A DNA stretch of 64,000 nt from an uncultured Rhodobacter sp. (GCA_965199865.1 CBDATU010000007.1:211548-275547); one strand, 5' to 3'; counted from the first letter of the stretch, positions 8,569-18,366 are shown. Numbers and translations are program-made. The notes: generated from the sequence alone by a model not told the origin.

Positions 8569-10899
8569 CTGTCACTACCACATACTTGACCGGCTCATTC
8601 CCTTCTCCGCTCCGTCCGGGCCCGTATGGCCCTGGCATGGGTTTCCGCGACGTTGAGGATGCGCAGGCCCTGCCATAGCTTCTGGGTTCCGGGCAGGGGC
8701 TGGCGCTTCGTCGGGCGGAACCCGGCGAGGCCGGCGACGAGCGTGACGTAGCGCGCCACGCTCATGTCCGGCTCCGGCGGCGCCCTCTGGCCGATGACGC
8801 GCTCATACGCGGCGTGAATGACCACCGCCTCGACGCTTTCCGGGCTGACATGGCGGTCCGCCGGGCTGTCGGGGCTCTCCCGCGCCAGAAGCTGGAGGTC
8901 CCAGACCCGGAACGCGGTTATCGCGTCGAAGGCGAGGCATCTGCGCAGGTCGTCGGCGGCGTCGAGCCTGCGGTCCTTTATCCTCGTCCCCGTCTTCAGG
9001 GCCCTGAAGTATTCCTCGATGCGCCAGCGCAGTTCGTAGCGCCTCAGGGCGGTCTCCGCCGTCCGCATGCCGTCGCCGCCCTCGTTGGACAGGAGCATCC
9101 AGTGCAGCGCCTCCCCTCCCTTCGCGACGCGCTTCGGCGGGTTCTCCTCGATGGCGGAGACCACCGTCACGGGCAGCGGGCGCCTGTCCCCCGCGTCCCT
9201 CGGCGCCGCGATGTCCAGTTCCGCGCAGCGCAGCGTCAGCGTGGCGACGCGCGCTTTCCGGGCCTTCGGCCCGCCGCGTTCGGGAACGGTGATCCTGCGG
9301 TGGCCGACCGGCTCCAGCGCGGCGACATGCTCCCACAGGCACCTTTCGTCGCCGTCGGGCAGCGCCACGCGCCGCTTCGCCGAGCGGCTCGCCCGCACCA
9401 GCAGCGCGGCGCCGGTCCGGTCCGCTTCGCGGAGAAGGGCCCAGAAGTCGCCTTCGCGGTCACAGACGCTCACGACCTTCGCGTCCGGGCAGGCCTCCGC
9501 GAGCTCTCCGGCCCGCCGCAGCCCGTCGATCCAGCGGGTGCTGTCCCTGTCCGGCCGCCGCCGGAAGTCCGCGTCGAGCGTGAACAGCCCGAGCGGGCGT
9601 CCGCTGCCGTTCAGTGCCACGCCGCAGTGGGCGAGGATGCCGTCGGTGCCCTTTCCGCCGCCGCCGAGCCCGTCCAGCCCGGACGTCGCCGCCAGGGTGC
9701 CGTAGTTCAGCGTCGTCGTGTCCTGGACAGCCAGGATCACCGGCTCCAGGCGGCAGCGCTCCACCGTCGCCTCCAGGTGGGGTTCGAGTATGTCGTCCAT
9801 GGTCACCCCAGCGTTCGAGAGCAGCCTGTAAGCCGCCTCCTGCTCCGCCCTGCCCGGAAACAGCTCCGGCACCGGCGCACCGAGCTTCCTGGTCCAGGCC
9901 GCCCCCATCGCGGCGATCCGGCGGCGGACCCGGCCGTCCGGATGGCTGCTCCGCGCGTATTCCCGCTCCGCCCAGTCGCCCCCGCGGTGCAGCGGTCCGG
10001 TATGCCCGAGCCTGCGCTCCGGCTCCGCCTGGAGAACCTTCCGCCAGTCCGGCTGCAGCGGCAGCGTCCACACGCTGCGACGGATGCCCGAACGCCGCCC
10101 GGAGGTCAGGCCGGGACATCTCTCCCAGCCCGCCGCCCTGTAACCCGTCCCGGCGTGGTCCGGACCCACGAGCGTGTAGGCGAGGACGGGGCGGACCCCG
10201 TAGAGGGCCTGCCAGTCGTCCGCCACGCGCTCCGCCGCCAGCCGCAGCGCCAGGGAGGCGAGGCCGTGGACCCTCACGGAAGGTCTGATCAGGAAGCGGT
10301 GGTTGTTAAGGACGAGGCCCATGTTCGCGATCCGCGCCCGCGCCGACCAGCCGATGGCACCGTCCCGAGGCCCCAGCTGGCAGGACGCCGGAACGAAGCC
10401 CAGACCGCCGAGCCGCCCCTGCGCGCCGCTCACGATCCAGTACCGCAGCTGCCCTCCCGGAGCCCGCCGCCAGCCCTCCGGATGGTGCGTCTCCATCATC
10501 GACTCCCAGGCGCGGCGGTCCGCCTCCGCCAACGGCTCCAGCCGGACCCCGCCGAGCGCGTCCAGAGCGCACTCGACCGGGGCGCCGCCAGGGTCGTCGG
10601 CGGCCGGTCGCCCGTTGGACGACGCGAAGCGCGGCGCCGCCTCCGGCAGCGTCAGGCCGAGCTCCTCCGCGAGCAGGGGAAGGACCCGCATCCCGGTGAC
10701 CGTCGACGGCCTCCCGTCGTGGGTCAGCCAACCCTCCCGGCCGCTCAGCTCGCGGGCGAGGCCCGAACGCGTGACGCCGCCGCGGAGGCATTCGTTCCCC
10801 AGCCACTCGACCGTGGCAGGGGAAATCTGTCTGAGACCAATATACATGGTCCCCGATTCGCATGGATCCGATCTCTAGTCAAGTATGCGGTAGTGACAG
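8569..10899 (-). mobile_element. IS4/IS50-like element 'ISb' (2331 bp) inserted inside ISa, with a 9-bp target duplication
   Basis: Inverted ends are CTGTCACTACCACATACTTGAC (8569-8590) and GTCAAGTATGCGGTAGTGACAG (10878-10899). Direct repeat GTCCCGGGC occurs at 8560-8568 and 10900-10908. A 9-bp duplication is the Tn5/IS50 hallmark. Confidence 0.9.
8595..10847 (-). CDS. intact 750-aa transposase: N-terminal DUF4338 (DruA-like) domain fused to a Tn5/IS50-type DDE transposase
   Basis: N-terminal half contains NNHRFLIRPSVRV...WQALYGVRPVLAYTLVGPDHAGTGYRAAGWERCPGLTSGRRSG. C-terminal half contains AVQDTTTLNY, VSVCDREGDFWALL and YELRWRIEEYFRALKTGTRIKD. Confidence 0.9.
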   Translation of the reverse strand: MYIGLRQISPATVEWLGNECLRGGVTRSGLARELSGREGWLTHDGRPSTVTGMRVLPLLAEELGLTLPEAAPRFASSNGRPAADDPGGAPVECALDALGGVRLEPLAEADRRAWESMMETHHPEGWRRAPGGQLRYWIVSGAQGRLGGLGFVPASCQLGPRDGAIGWSARARIANMGLVLNNHRFLIRPSVRVHGLASLALRLAAERVADDWQALYGVRPVLAYTLVGPDHAGTGYRAAGWERCPGLTSGRRSGIRRSVWTLPLQPDWRKVLQAEPERRLGHTGPLHRGGDWAEREYARSSHPDGRVRRRIAAMGAAWTRKLGAPVPELFPGRAEQEAAYRLLSNAGVTMDDILEPHLEATVERCRLEPVILAVQDTTTLNYGTLAATSGLDGLGGGGKGTDGILAHCGVALNGSGRPLGLFTLDADFRRRPDRDSTRWIDGLRRAGELAEACPDAKVVSVCDREGDFWALLREADRTGAALLVRASRSAKRRVALPDGDERCLWEHVAALEPVGHRRITVPERGGPKARKARVATLTLRCAELDIAAPRDAGDRRPLPVTVVSAIEENPPKRVAKGGEALHWMLLSNEGGDGMRTAETALRRYELRWRIEEYFRALKTGTRIKDRRLDAADDLRRCLAFDAITAFRVWDLQLLARESPDSPADRHVSPESVEAVVIHAAYERVIGQRAPPEPDMSVARYVTLVAGLAGFRPTKRQPLPGTQKLWQGLRILNVAETHARAIRARTERRRE

Positions 10900-11376
10900 G
10901 TCCCGGGCCCTCTGGTGCCAGTTGGCCGCGTGAAAGCAGAGCCCGCCGACGCGCCCCAGGCGTTCGCTGCTGATCCAGTAGAAGAGGAGAGCGCCGGGAT
11001 TGGACGGGTCGCCCCGGGGATGGTGGCTCTCCATCATCGCCCGCAGGGCGCGCCGCTGCTCCGCCGTCTCCGCCATCTCCAGCCCGACACCGCCGAGCTC
11101 CGCGAGCGTGCCGGAGAAGTGGACGTCGGGATGCTCCGGCAGCGGTCTGCCGGGAGCCACCGGCGATCCGGCCTGCGGCAGGGTGATGCCGTAGCGCTCC
11201 GCGATCTTCGGCAGGGCCAGCCGGGCGGAGGCGATGCACGGCGCTCCGGCGGCGTTGGTCCAGTCCTCGCGCTCGCACAGGCCAGCCGCCAGACTGCGCC
11301 GTCCGGCTCCCGCCGCCGCCGCGGACCTCAGCCACCCGACCGTTTCCTCCCCGAAATGGCGCATCCCGACCTGCAT
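10900..11376 (-). pseudogene. N-terminal fragment of the ISa transposase, truncated by ISb
   Basis: MQVGMRHFGEETVGWLRS...MMESHHPRGDPSNPGALLFYWISSERLGRVGGLCFHAANWHQRARD aligns with residues ~1-165 of the ISb protein. It ends exactly at the ISb target duplication. Confidence 0.8.
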
Positions 11377-12373
11377 GCGAATCAGGTAACACGGACCACC
11401 TGTGGAATCAACTAATATATAGTGACAGGTCCGGGGCGAGGCATCACGCGCCATCGGTTCGAGCGTGATGCCGAACGCTGGCCACCTGCCGGTTCCTGCT
11501 CCGGCGGGTGGCGAGGGGGACAACCCCATGAAAGGCAGTAACTTAATGGAATCAGTGAATTATGATTCAAACTCTTAAGGAACGAATGGAGAATGTGCTA
11601 AGGATTTGGTGCGGGGCTGGCATCTTCAGTGGTGCCCACCTGTAGTCGGGGCAAACGGAGGCGGTCAGAGGCCGCAGCGCAATAGTCGTACGGTTCGCCA
11701 TCTTGCCGAAGCCAAGGCGAAACGCACAAAACCAAAACGCAACGCCCGGCCCTTCCCTGGATTGATGGAGCCATAGCTCTGGGATGTCCGAATACAGAGA
11801 GCTCAGGCTGCGCAGGAGGCACAGACCATCACCGCCATTCCATTTGCCGCAACCCGCCCACACACGCCGAGATGCTAAGGCAAGGTAACGGATCCTGACC
11901 AGCCTAACGGTCAGGCTGAGTAGACAGGGAACGTTTCGAAAGCAAACGAATGCTGCGTACCAACTGTTCCCCGATGGTCACGGTCATCGCAATGCACTAC
12001 AGGCAGCTGTTCCGCAGCGCCAAAGCCCTCCCGGAACACGGCCGTCCTAGATCGAATCAATGTACCTTGCGGCATTCAGATGGCGCTCACCTAAAGTCTG
12101 GCCTGAGTGCCCGCATCGCGCCTTGAGCAACCCTCCTCCTGTCTCCCCCAATCGGCCGCCAGAACCAAATGCAATGCCGCTTTCGATCTACCTGACCGCA
12201 AGATCGGCACCGGAACACAAACGCAGGATCCGCCGCGGAACGTCCCGACCATTACGAATTATTTTTTGAACCTGATCCTGGGTCTCGTGTCGGCCAGACA
12301 ATTCCCGTAACCTGTCACGGCGGAAATCCTGCAGAGCGCGCGGATTTATGGAGAGCAAGGGGGCCTCCTCGGA

Positions 12374-13633
12374 ATGCCAAATTCCTGCATGTCCATTATC
12401 CTTCTGATCGGTGCCTTTGCGGTTTCAGGAGGACATGCCACCGCTGAACCACGGGACTTCATCACAAAATCCATAGCGGAACTCTGCCCGGAACCGGACC
12501 TCAGCGGCTTTCAGGCGCAGATTGCCCTGCCAGGCAGCTGGTTCACTGATGAAATGCGACAACGCGGCCGGACGAAGGTGACACTCGCACTGTCAAACGG
12601 CGATGTGGTGGAACTGGAGCGCCTGCAGCTTCAGGAACGCTTGAGACAGTTTCGGGCATCCTATTTCGTCAGGCGTCGCGATGGGCTGTACCCCAGACTA
12701 CAGGCGGTTGCGGATGGGCAATGCGCACTCCAGGCGGGACGCGCCATTCGAGGCGACGGCGATCCCTGGCGCCTGCTTGATCAACTCGCCAGCGATCTGA
12801 CAACGGTCAGGTCGTCGGAGACACTCCAGGCGCCGTGGCCAACGGGGCTGGATCCCGGAGGCGTTCGCGTGGCCCTGATTGACAGCGGCCTTGCCTACGA
12901 TCTTCCCATCTTCAGAAACCGGCTGGCCCGCGATGCGGACGGTCGGCCCCTCGGCTACGATTTCTGGGACATGGATCCATATCCTTACGACGGCGACACA
13001 TCACGCAGCCCATTCCTGCCGATCCGTCATGGAACTGCTGTCGCTTCGATCCTCGCACGTGAGGCACCGGAAGCGGTACTGGTGCCCTATCGATATCCAA
13101 GGCCAGACATGGCACGCATGGATCAGCTTGTGGAACGCGCAGCCAGCGATGGAGTGCGGATACTGGCGCTTCCACTCGGCAGTAGACACCCGGAGGACTG
13201 GCAGGCATTCTCCGACAGCCTGAGCCGACATCGAATCCTCGCCATCGTCTCGGCGGGTAATGATGGACGCGACATCGACATCGATCCTGTCTATCCGGCA
13301 TCCCTGGATCTTGCCAGCATCGTGACCGTAACCTCAGCTGACGGGCTCGGAAAGCTGGCCATAGGGTCAAATTGGGGCGCGCGCAGCGTAGATCTCATGG
13401 TGCCGGCGGAAAACCTCGCTGTCACCAACTTCCGGGGCGCATCCGGCGTGGCTTCCGGATCAAGCTATGCCGTGCCGCGGGTGGCTGCCCTGGCAGCGCG
13501 GCTGCTGCGGCAGGAGCCGCAGCTCAGCGCGGCAGAGCTGAAGTCACGCATATTTGCCCGGGCTGTACGTACCCCTTTCGCGCACCGGGACGCTGTTGCC
13601 GTGGGATGGATCGCCAATCCGTCCGAGGACTAG
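12374..13633 (+). CDS. secreted S8 (subtilisin-like) serine peptidase
   Basis: N-terminal signal peptide. Catalytic triad contexts are VALIDSG (Asp), HGTAVASIL (His) and GSSYAVPRVAALAARLL (Ser). Confidence 0.85.
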   Translation: MPNSCMSIILLIGAFAVSGGHATAEPRDFITKSIAELCPEPDLSGFQAQIALPGSWFTDEMRQRGRTKVTLALSNGDVVELERLQLQERLRQFRASYFVRRRDGLYPRLQAVADGQCALQAGRAIRGDGDPWRLLDQLASDLTTVRSSETLQAPWPTGLDPGGVRVALIDSGLAYDLPIFRNRLARDADGRPLGYDFWDMDPYPYDGDTSRSPFLPIRHGTAVASILAREAPEAVLVPYRYPRPDMARMDQLVERAASDGVRILALPLGSRHPEDWQAFSDSLSRHRILAIVSAGNDGRDIDIDPVYPASLDLASIVTVTSADGLGKLAIGSNWGARSVDLMVPAENLAVTNFRGASGVASGSSYAVPRVAALAARLLRQEPQLSAAELKSRIFARAVRTPFAHRDAVAVGWIANPSED

Positions 13634-15693
13634 CGTCGACGCCGTGGCGCGGGAGGCGCGTTGTCGATGAAGCGCCGTGCCGCCTGCGCCTGTCGGGGAT
13701 CCGCCTCCAGAAGCAACCGATAGGCCTCCTCGGCGAGATCGGGCGCACCACCCCAAACGCCTGACTGAATCGCAATGCGCAGCGCCTGCGGGTCTTCCGG
13801 CACCATCGCCATCAGCCATCGCGCATGCGCGGTCATTTCCTCGAACCGGGCCCCAAGCTGCATTGAGACCAGAAGCGACAGGCGCGCATTGATCGAATTC
13901 GGCACCTGTCGGACGGCCTGCCCATGGAGGGTGGCCGCACCGTCGAAATCGCCAGTCCGAGCCAGGATCCGACCAGCCTCAAGAAGCTGGCCGTGATTGA
14001 GTGCGACCGAACAGATGGCAACCAGACTGTCAGTATCGATCCGCCCGCCACGTTCCGCATCGTCAATTTGGCCCGCGCAGTCGGCGAAAGCCCGACCAAG
14101 CGCTTCGGTCATGGCAGCCGCCACATCCTCACTCCGCCCCGCGAGTAGATGGCGGAGCTGTTCCAGCGGAATCGCCTCGTAGCGCCCTTCGCCTCCGCCA
14201 ACGGCAATACCGGCAAGCCGACCCTCCGCATCGACCAATGCGCCGCCACTGACGCCGGGCTGCATATGGGTGGTCACATGAATGCGGCCAAGTTCCGCCC
14301 CAGGTGCTGGACCAGCGATAAGGGTTCCCGGCCTGAAGACCCGCACCTCCTGACGGCTGATATCCGCACCGACCGCGTAGAACTGCGCGACCTGATCCGT
14401 ATCCTGATCCAGCGCCGGGATATGTCCCGCATCTGGGAGATCGCCCACTTTCAGGAGGACAAGATCGCCCTGATAGTCCGATGGTACGACCTGCGCGTCC
14501 CGCGGGCCCGCCGGAGTATACACCACCGCATCCATCAGGTCACCAACCACATGGCGGTTGGTGACCAGAAGATCTGGCCCGATCCGAGTCGCACTGGCTG
14601 CGGGATCAAAGCCTGACACCGGGAATACGGCCTGCCGCACCACACATACCGGTGCCGGATACGGACAGTCACCAGAAGGATCTGGTGCAGTTGCGACCGC
14701 CGCTCCACTCGAGTCAAGCTTGAGGGATATCTGTATATATGCCCCATCGCGCAGGAGCTTCACTTCGACAGATTCAGTGCCTTCTGGCAGGATACCAAGC
14801 GCCGATATGGCGTCGCGCGGGCTGCGCACGCGGCGGTCACCGATCGTGACGACCAGATCGCCAGACAGAACACCCGCAATATCCGCAGGAGCCCCTGGCT
14901 GGACATCCACAATCACCGGGGCCGCAACCCGCCTCAACTGGTCTCGATCGGGTAGCGCCAGACGCCAGCCTGGAACGGGATAGGTCGCACGCCCATCCGC
15001 AAGCAGAGCCTCGGTTACCCGTTCCAGTAGCACCGCCGAAACCGCGAATCCGACACCGGTGTTTGTGTCGCCTTCGGAGGCGAAGATTGCCGATGTCATC
15101 CCGATCAGGCGGCCCTGTCGATCGACCAGAGCACCACCAGACATACCAGGGTTGATCGCGGCATCGGTCTGGATGAAATCTTCCACCGCATTGAACCCGG
15201 CATTCGAGACCTGCGTGGCTGAAACGACACCACAGGTGACGGACAGTCCAAGACCGAAAGCATTGCCGATCGAACAGACTGGGTCAGCGAGGGCCGGATC
15301 ATCCACCAGAACGAACGGGACGAGTTCGGCATCGACACCAAGAAGCGCAATGTCGCTAGCCGCGTCCCGGGCAATCAGCCGGGCGGGAAGGACGCGCCCA
15401 TCGGCAAACCGAACTTCAATCCGATCAGCGGGTTCAACAACATGCCATGCCGTTGCCACCACCCCAGGTCGCAGCGCAACACCGCTGCCTTCTGGCACCG
15501 CGCCCGCTGGAGCACCTGTCCCGCCTTGTGCGCGGCCGGGCCATTGAGGCAGAACGGAGACCACGGAACTGAGCGTGTCGGGCGGCATCGCGGCCAGAGG
15601 GCCTGCGAAGGCCAACATACATACCAGAACCACGCCACATGCCGCAGGTATCCGGCAATGCCTGGAAATCCACACTCTGATCCAGATAAGCAA
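13630..15693 (-). CDS. secreted protein with two tandem trypsin-like (S1C/DegP-type) protease domains, an intervening PDZ-like segment and a C-terminal TPR-like tail
   Basis: Domain 1: TAWHVV / DIALL / GMSGGALVD. Domain 2: TNRHVV / DLVLL / GVSGGALVD. The tail is helical and repeat-like. The exact start is uncertain (a hydrophobic signal follows an internal Met). The stop overlaps the convergent S8 stop by 4 bp (CTAG). Confidence 0.8.
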   Translation of the reverse strand: MLIWIRVWISRHCRIPAACGVVLVCMLAFAGPLAAMPPDTLSSVVSVLPQWPGRAQGGTGAPAGAVPEGSGVALRPGVVATAWHVVEPADRIEVRFADGRVLPARLIARDAASDIALLGVDAELVPFVLVDDPALADPVCSIGNAFGLGLSVTCGVVSATQVSNAGFNAVEDFIQTDAAINPGMSGGALVDRQGRLIGMTSAIFASEGDTNTGVGFAVSAVLLERVTEALLADGRATYPVPGWRLALPDRDQLRRVAAPVIVDVQPGAPADIAGVLSGDLVVTIGDRRVRSPRDAISALGILPEGTESVEVKLLRDGAYIQISLKLDSSGAAVATAPDPSGDCPYPAPVCVVRQAVFPVSGFDPAASATRIGPDLLVTNRHVVGDLMDAVVYTPAGPRDAQVVPSDYQGDLVLLKVGDLPDAGHIPALDQDTDQVAQFYAVGADISRQEVRVFRPGTLIAGPAPGAELGRIHVTTHMQPGVSGGALVDAEGRLAGIAVGGGEGRYEAIPLEQLRHLLAGRSEDVAAAMTEALGRAFADCAGQIDDAERGGRIDTDSLVAICSVALNHGQLLEAGRILARTGDFDGAATLHGQAVRQVPNSINARLSLLVSMQLGARFEEMTAHARWLMAMVPEDPQALRIAIQSGVWGGAPDLAEEAYRLLLEADPRQAQAARRFIDNAPPAPRRRR

Positions 15694-15843
15694 CGCCGAG
15701 GCCGGTCAGTTCGCCGGATCAATGCGGACCGCTTCGCCTGAGCCACGCTCGGCTGCGGAAAAGCCAATTTCTCCCAAGGCGAAATACGCCCCCACGGTAA
15801 TCACTATGGTCGCGGCAAAGCCAGCCCACATGGCTTTCATGTT

Positions 15844-17136
15844 TCACTCCCCCATCGCCGTTGAGGTTACCAGAAAGTCAATCAGATCCCGACGGTCTTC
15901 AGGCCGCACGATCCGCTGCATCGGCATCTTTGATCCAGGAATATAGTTATCGGGCCCAAGATCAAACAGGGCGTCAACCGTTTCCGCCGACCAAACGATA
16001 TCTGACCCGCTCAACGCTCCCGAGTACCGGTACCCTGGCAGCGTGCCCGCGAGTCGTCCAAAGAGGCCGTGGAGATTTGGACCAGCCTTGCGCGACGCGT
16101 CTTCCTCAAGGGCGTGGCAGATGGAGCACTTTCGCATGAACTGGCGCTCACCATTCGACATGGTTTCAGGTTCGCGCAGAAAACTGTGGGATGCGCCCAT
16201 AGTAGGCTCGAACCGGTCCAGCAGCTCCACTGGCCAGCCGTAGACGACACTGTCCAGCCCGCCCGCCCAGATCATCGATCCGTCGGGCGAAAAGGCCAAC
16301 GCCCAGACCGGCCCCCTTCGCGAGGCAAGAAAGTCGCGTTCGATCTGCCAGGTTTCGGTCGAAATCACCGTGATGTAGCCATGCCCGTCACCGGTCGCCA
16401 ACCGATTGGTGCCGCCGTGAAATGCCAGGGCAAGAATGGGAAGCCGATCCAGGGTGAAATCCCGGAATACGGCACCGGTCCTCGTGTCGATGAAGCGGGT
16501 CACACCATCCACCGCGCCATAGGCGAGCCAGGTTTCGTCCTCAGCAAGAACCAGCTCGTTAACCGCGAATCCATGACGCACAAGGGTTCGTGGTGCAGTA
16601 TCGAGCCTTTCGAGGTCGTAGACCAGGATGTCGCCCTTCGACGTCGCGGCATAGAGGAAACCGCCAGAAGCGTCGAAAGTCACATCATTCGCGCCCGTGT
16701 CGCGCAGGTCGATCGTCTTTGGCAGACCGGTTCCGGTGAGTGGCCAGAGCCCGATGGTGCCGTCCCAGCTCGCGGAAGCGAGAAGGCTGCCGTCAGGTGA
16801 CACGGCCAGATCGGTGACCTTGCCAAGATGGCGGCCGAGTTCGCTGCCATCCACACCATCCCAGACCCAGACGGAGAAATCGTCAGCCCCGGATGCAACG
16901 CGCCCATCTGGCAGGAAGACAAGATCGGTAACCGCAGCTTCGTGGCCCTCGAGCCATAGCGGGCCATTTCCCTGCCAGTGCCCCACGGAATTGTCGAAGC
17001 TCGCACTCGCAACCTCGCCAGCTTCGGATACCGCCAGCCCCATGATCGGGCCACCATGGCCCTTGAGGGTGACGAAGTCTTCCGCCGCCGCGGGCGTCAC
17101 CATCAGGAGCAGCAGCAGAACGCCAGGAAAGCGCAT
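15844..17136 (-). CDS. periplasmic WD40/beta-propeller protein with a C-terminal class I c-type cytochrome domain
   Basis: Signal peptide MRFPGVLLLLLMVTPAAA. Repeated WD-like units (SASFDNSVGHW, GADDFSVWVW, SASWDGTIGLW). Heme motif CSICH followed by ...GSKMPMQ. Confidence 0.8.
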   Translation of the reverse strand: MRFPGVLLLLLMVTPAAAEDFVTLKGHGGPIMGLAVSEAGEVASASFDNSVGHWQGNGPLWLEGHEAAVTDLVFLPDGRVASGADDFSVWVWDGVDGSELGRHLGKVTDLAVSPDGSLLASASWDGTIGLWPLTGTGLPKTIDLRDTGANDVTFDASGGFLYAATSKGDILVYDLERLDTAPRTLVRHGFAVNELVLAEDETWLAYGAVDGVTRFIDTRTGAVFRDFTLDRLPILALAFHGGTNRLATGDGHGYITVISTETWQIERDFLASRRGPVWALAFSPDGSMIWAGGLDSVVYGWPVELLDRFEPTMGASHSFLREPETMSNGERQFMRKCSICHALEEDASRKAGPNLHGLFGRLAGTLPGYRYSGALSGSDIVWSAETVDALFDLGPDNYIPGSKMPMQRIVRPEDRRDLIDFLVTSTAMGE

Positions 17137-18366
17137 CTATTCCGCCGGCGGTGCAGCACCCACACTGGCCTGGGACTTCTCCCTGGCTTTCATTTCATCA
17201 AGCCAGATCGAATGGTGCTGATGCGCCCAGGCTTCATCCACCTCACCTGATCCCATCGCGTCGAAGGCCCCCTCCATTCCGGCGGTGCCGATATAGATAT
17301 GCGCGATGATGATCCCCATGAGCAGGAAAGAGACAATCGCGTGCCAGGCCTGCGCATACTGCATCTCTTCCTGAGGGGACATGGTGGTGGGTAAGGTTTC
17401 CATACCAATCAGACCCGGAATGCCCAGATCATTCAGGATCACGAAGGTCTTTGCGAACATCGGCAGTTCGAACGGGAAGAGAAGCGACAGGCCTGAGGCG
17501 GAGATCGATGCGCCGAGGATTACCACAGACCAGAAGACCACCTTCTGCCCAGCGTTGAATTTCCTGGCCGGCGGATGCCTTGAGCCGATAATGCCGCCGA
17601 ACTGGGCAATCCATCTGATGTCGGAGCGGTGCGGAAAATTGTGCCAGACCCAGAGGAGGAAGACCATGACCAATCCGGCCATGAAGGCCCATGCCACGTT
17701 GTTATGGATCCATTTGCTGGCAACCAGGATGACGGAATTCGCCTCGTGCCCCAGAAGCGGGATCAGGGCGACGCGGCCGAAAAGCGACAGAAGTCCGGTA
17801 ATTCCCAAAAGGATGAAGGATCCGGCCAGGAGCCAGTGGGAGAAACGTTCAATCGCGCGAAACCGCAGAACGGTGCGCCCGGTCTTAGCCCCATCGATCC
17901 TGATGCGCCCGCGCAGGAGGAAAAAGAGCAGAAGAACTCCGATTGTTCCCAATAGAAAGTAACCGCCCCAGACCTTCAGTTTTCCCTGCCGGAATTCAAG
18001 CCAGCGCATCCCACCGTCCTGGACCAGAACGGAGGCGACCTCACCACCCGCGGAAACCGATATGTCCGCAGAACCGTAGCGAAGCGCCCGCCAAAGCTCC
18101 GGGTCAGAAGCGCCACCCAGTGTACCGAGCTGCTCGGCGATCCCGGCAGCTGAGTTCGCATCACCGGTGTTGTCGCGCCTGAACGCGTCGTCGAGCCTCT
18201 CGCCGCGCTGGCGTGCGAGAATATCCTCCAGGGTCTGCGCTCCGCCAGTCGCACTTCGGTCGGGTTCCGCCGCCTGCTGCGCGGTAACGGGTACGCCGAG
18301 CGCCAGAACAAGCATGAGTACGGGGGCGAGAATGCGTAACATGTCAGCATCCCTCTGAAGGCTCAC
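17137..18366 (-). CDS. formate dehydrogenase gamma-type subunit (membrane cytochrome b) with a long periplasmic N-terminal extension
   Basis: Four hydrophobic helices carry conserved His residues (FSHWLLAGSFILLGITGL, WIHNNVAWAF, NAGQKVVFWSVV, AWHAIVSFLLMGIIIAHIYIG). It directly follows the beta subunit gene. Confidence 0.7.
   Translation of the reverse strand: MSLQRDADMLRILAPVLMLVLALGVPVTAQQAAEPDRSATGGAQTLEDILARQRGERLDDAFRRDNTGDANSAAGIAEQLGTLGGASDPELWRALRYGSADISVSAGGEVASVLVQDGGMRWLEFRQGKLKVWGGYFLLGTIGVLLLFFLLRGRIRIDGAKTGRTVLRFRAIERFSHWLLAGSFILLGITGLLSLFGRVALIPLLGHEANSVILVASKWIHNNVAWAFMAGLVMVFLLWVWHNFPHRSDIRWIAQFGGIIGSRHPPARKFNAGQKVVFWSVVILGASISASGLSLLFPFELPMFAKTFVILNDLGIPGLIGMETLPTTMSPQEEMQYAQAWHAIVSFLLMGIIIAHIYIGTAGMEGAFDAMGSGEVDEAWAHQHHSIWLDEMKAREKSQASVGAAPPAE

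Larger units (their letters stand above)
6652..11428 (-). mobile_element. IS4/IS50-like element 'ISa' carrying a nested IS ('ISb'), flanked by a 9-bp target duplication
   Basis: Ends are ATGTCACTATAG (6652) and the complement of CTGTCACTATAT (11428). Direct repeat GTCCGGGGC occurs at 6643-6651 and 11429-11437. Its transposase gene is split by the ISb insertion. Confidence 0.8.

Noticed and set aside
8814-10973. 719-aa ORF on the plus strand. Similar long ORFs occur at 33181-35472, 7372-8589, 35945-37285 and 35911-37128.
   Set aside because: They are antisense to transposase genes that have clear DDE motifs. Their products are Arg/Pro/Gly-rich low-complexity strings, typical of shadow ORFs in high-GC DNA.
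11530-12373. 840-bp ORF-poor stretch with a small hairpin (CCTGACC-AGCCTAAC-GGTCAGG near 11895-11916), examined for a tRNA, sRNA or intron remnant.
   Set aside because: I could find no cloverleaf, no conserved RNA motif and no repeat structure. It is probably decayed DNA between the IS5 remnant and the S8 peptidase promoter.
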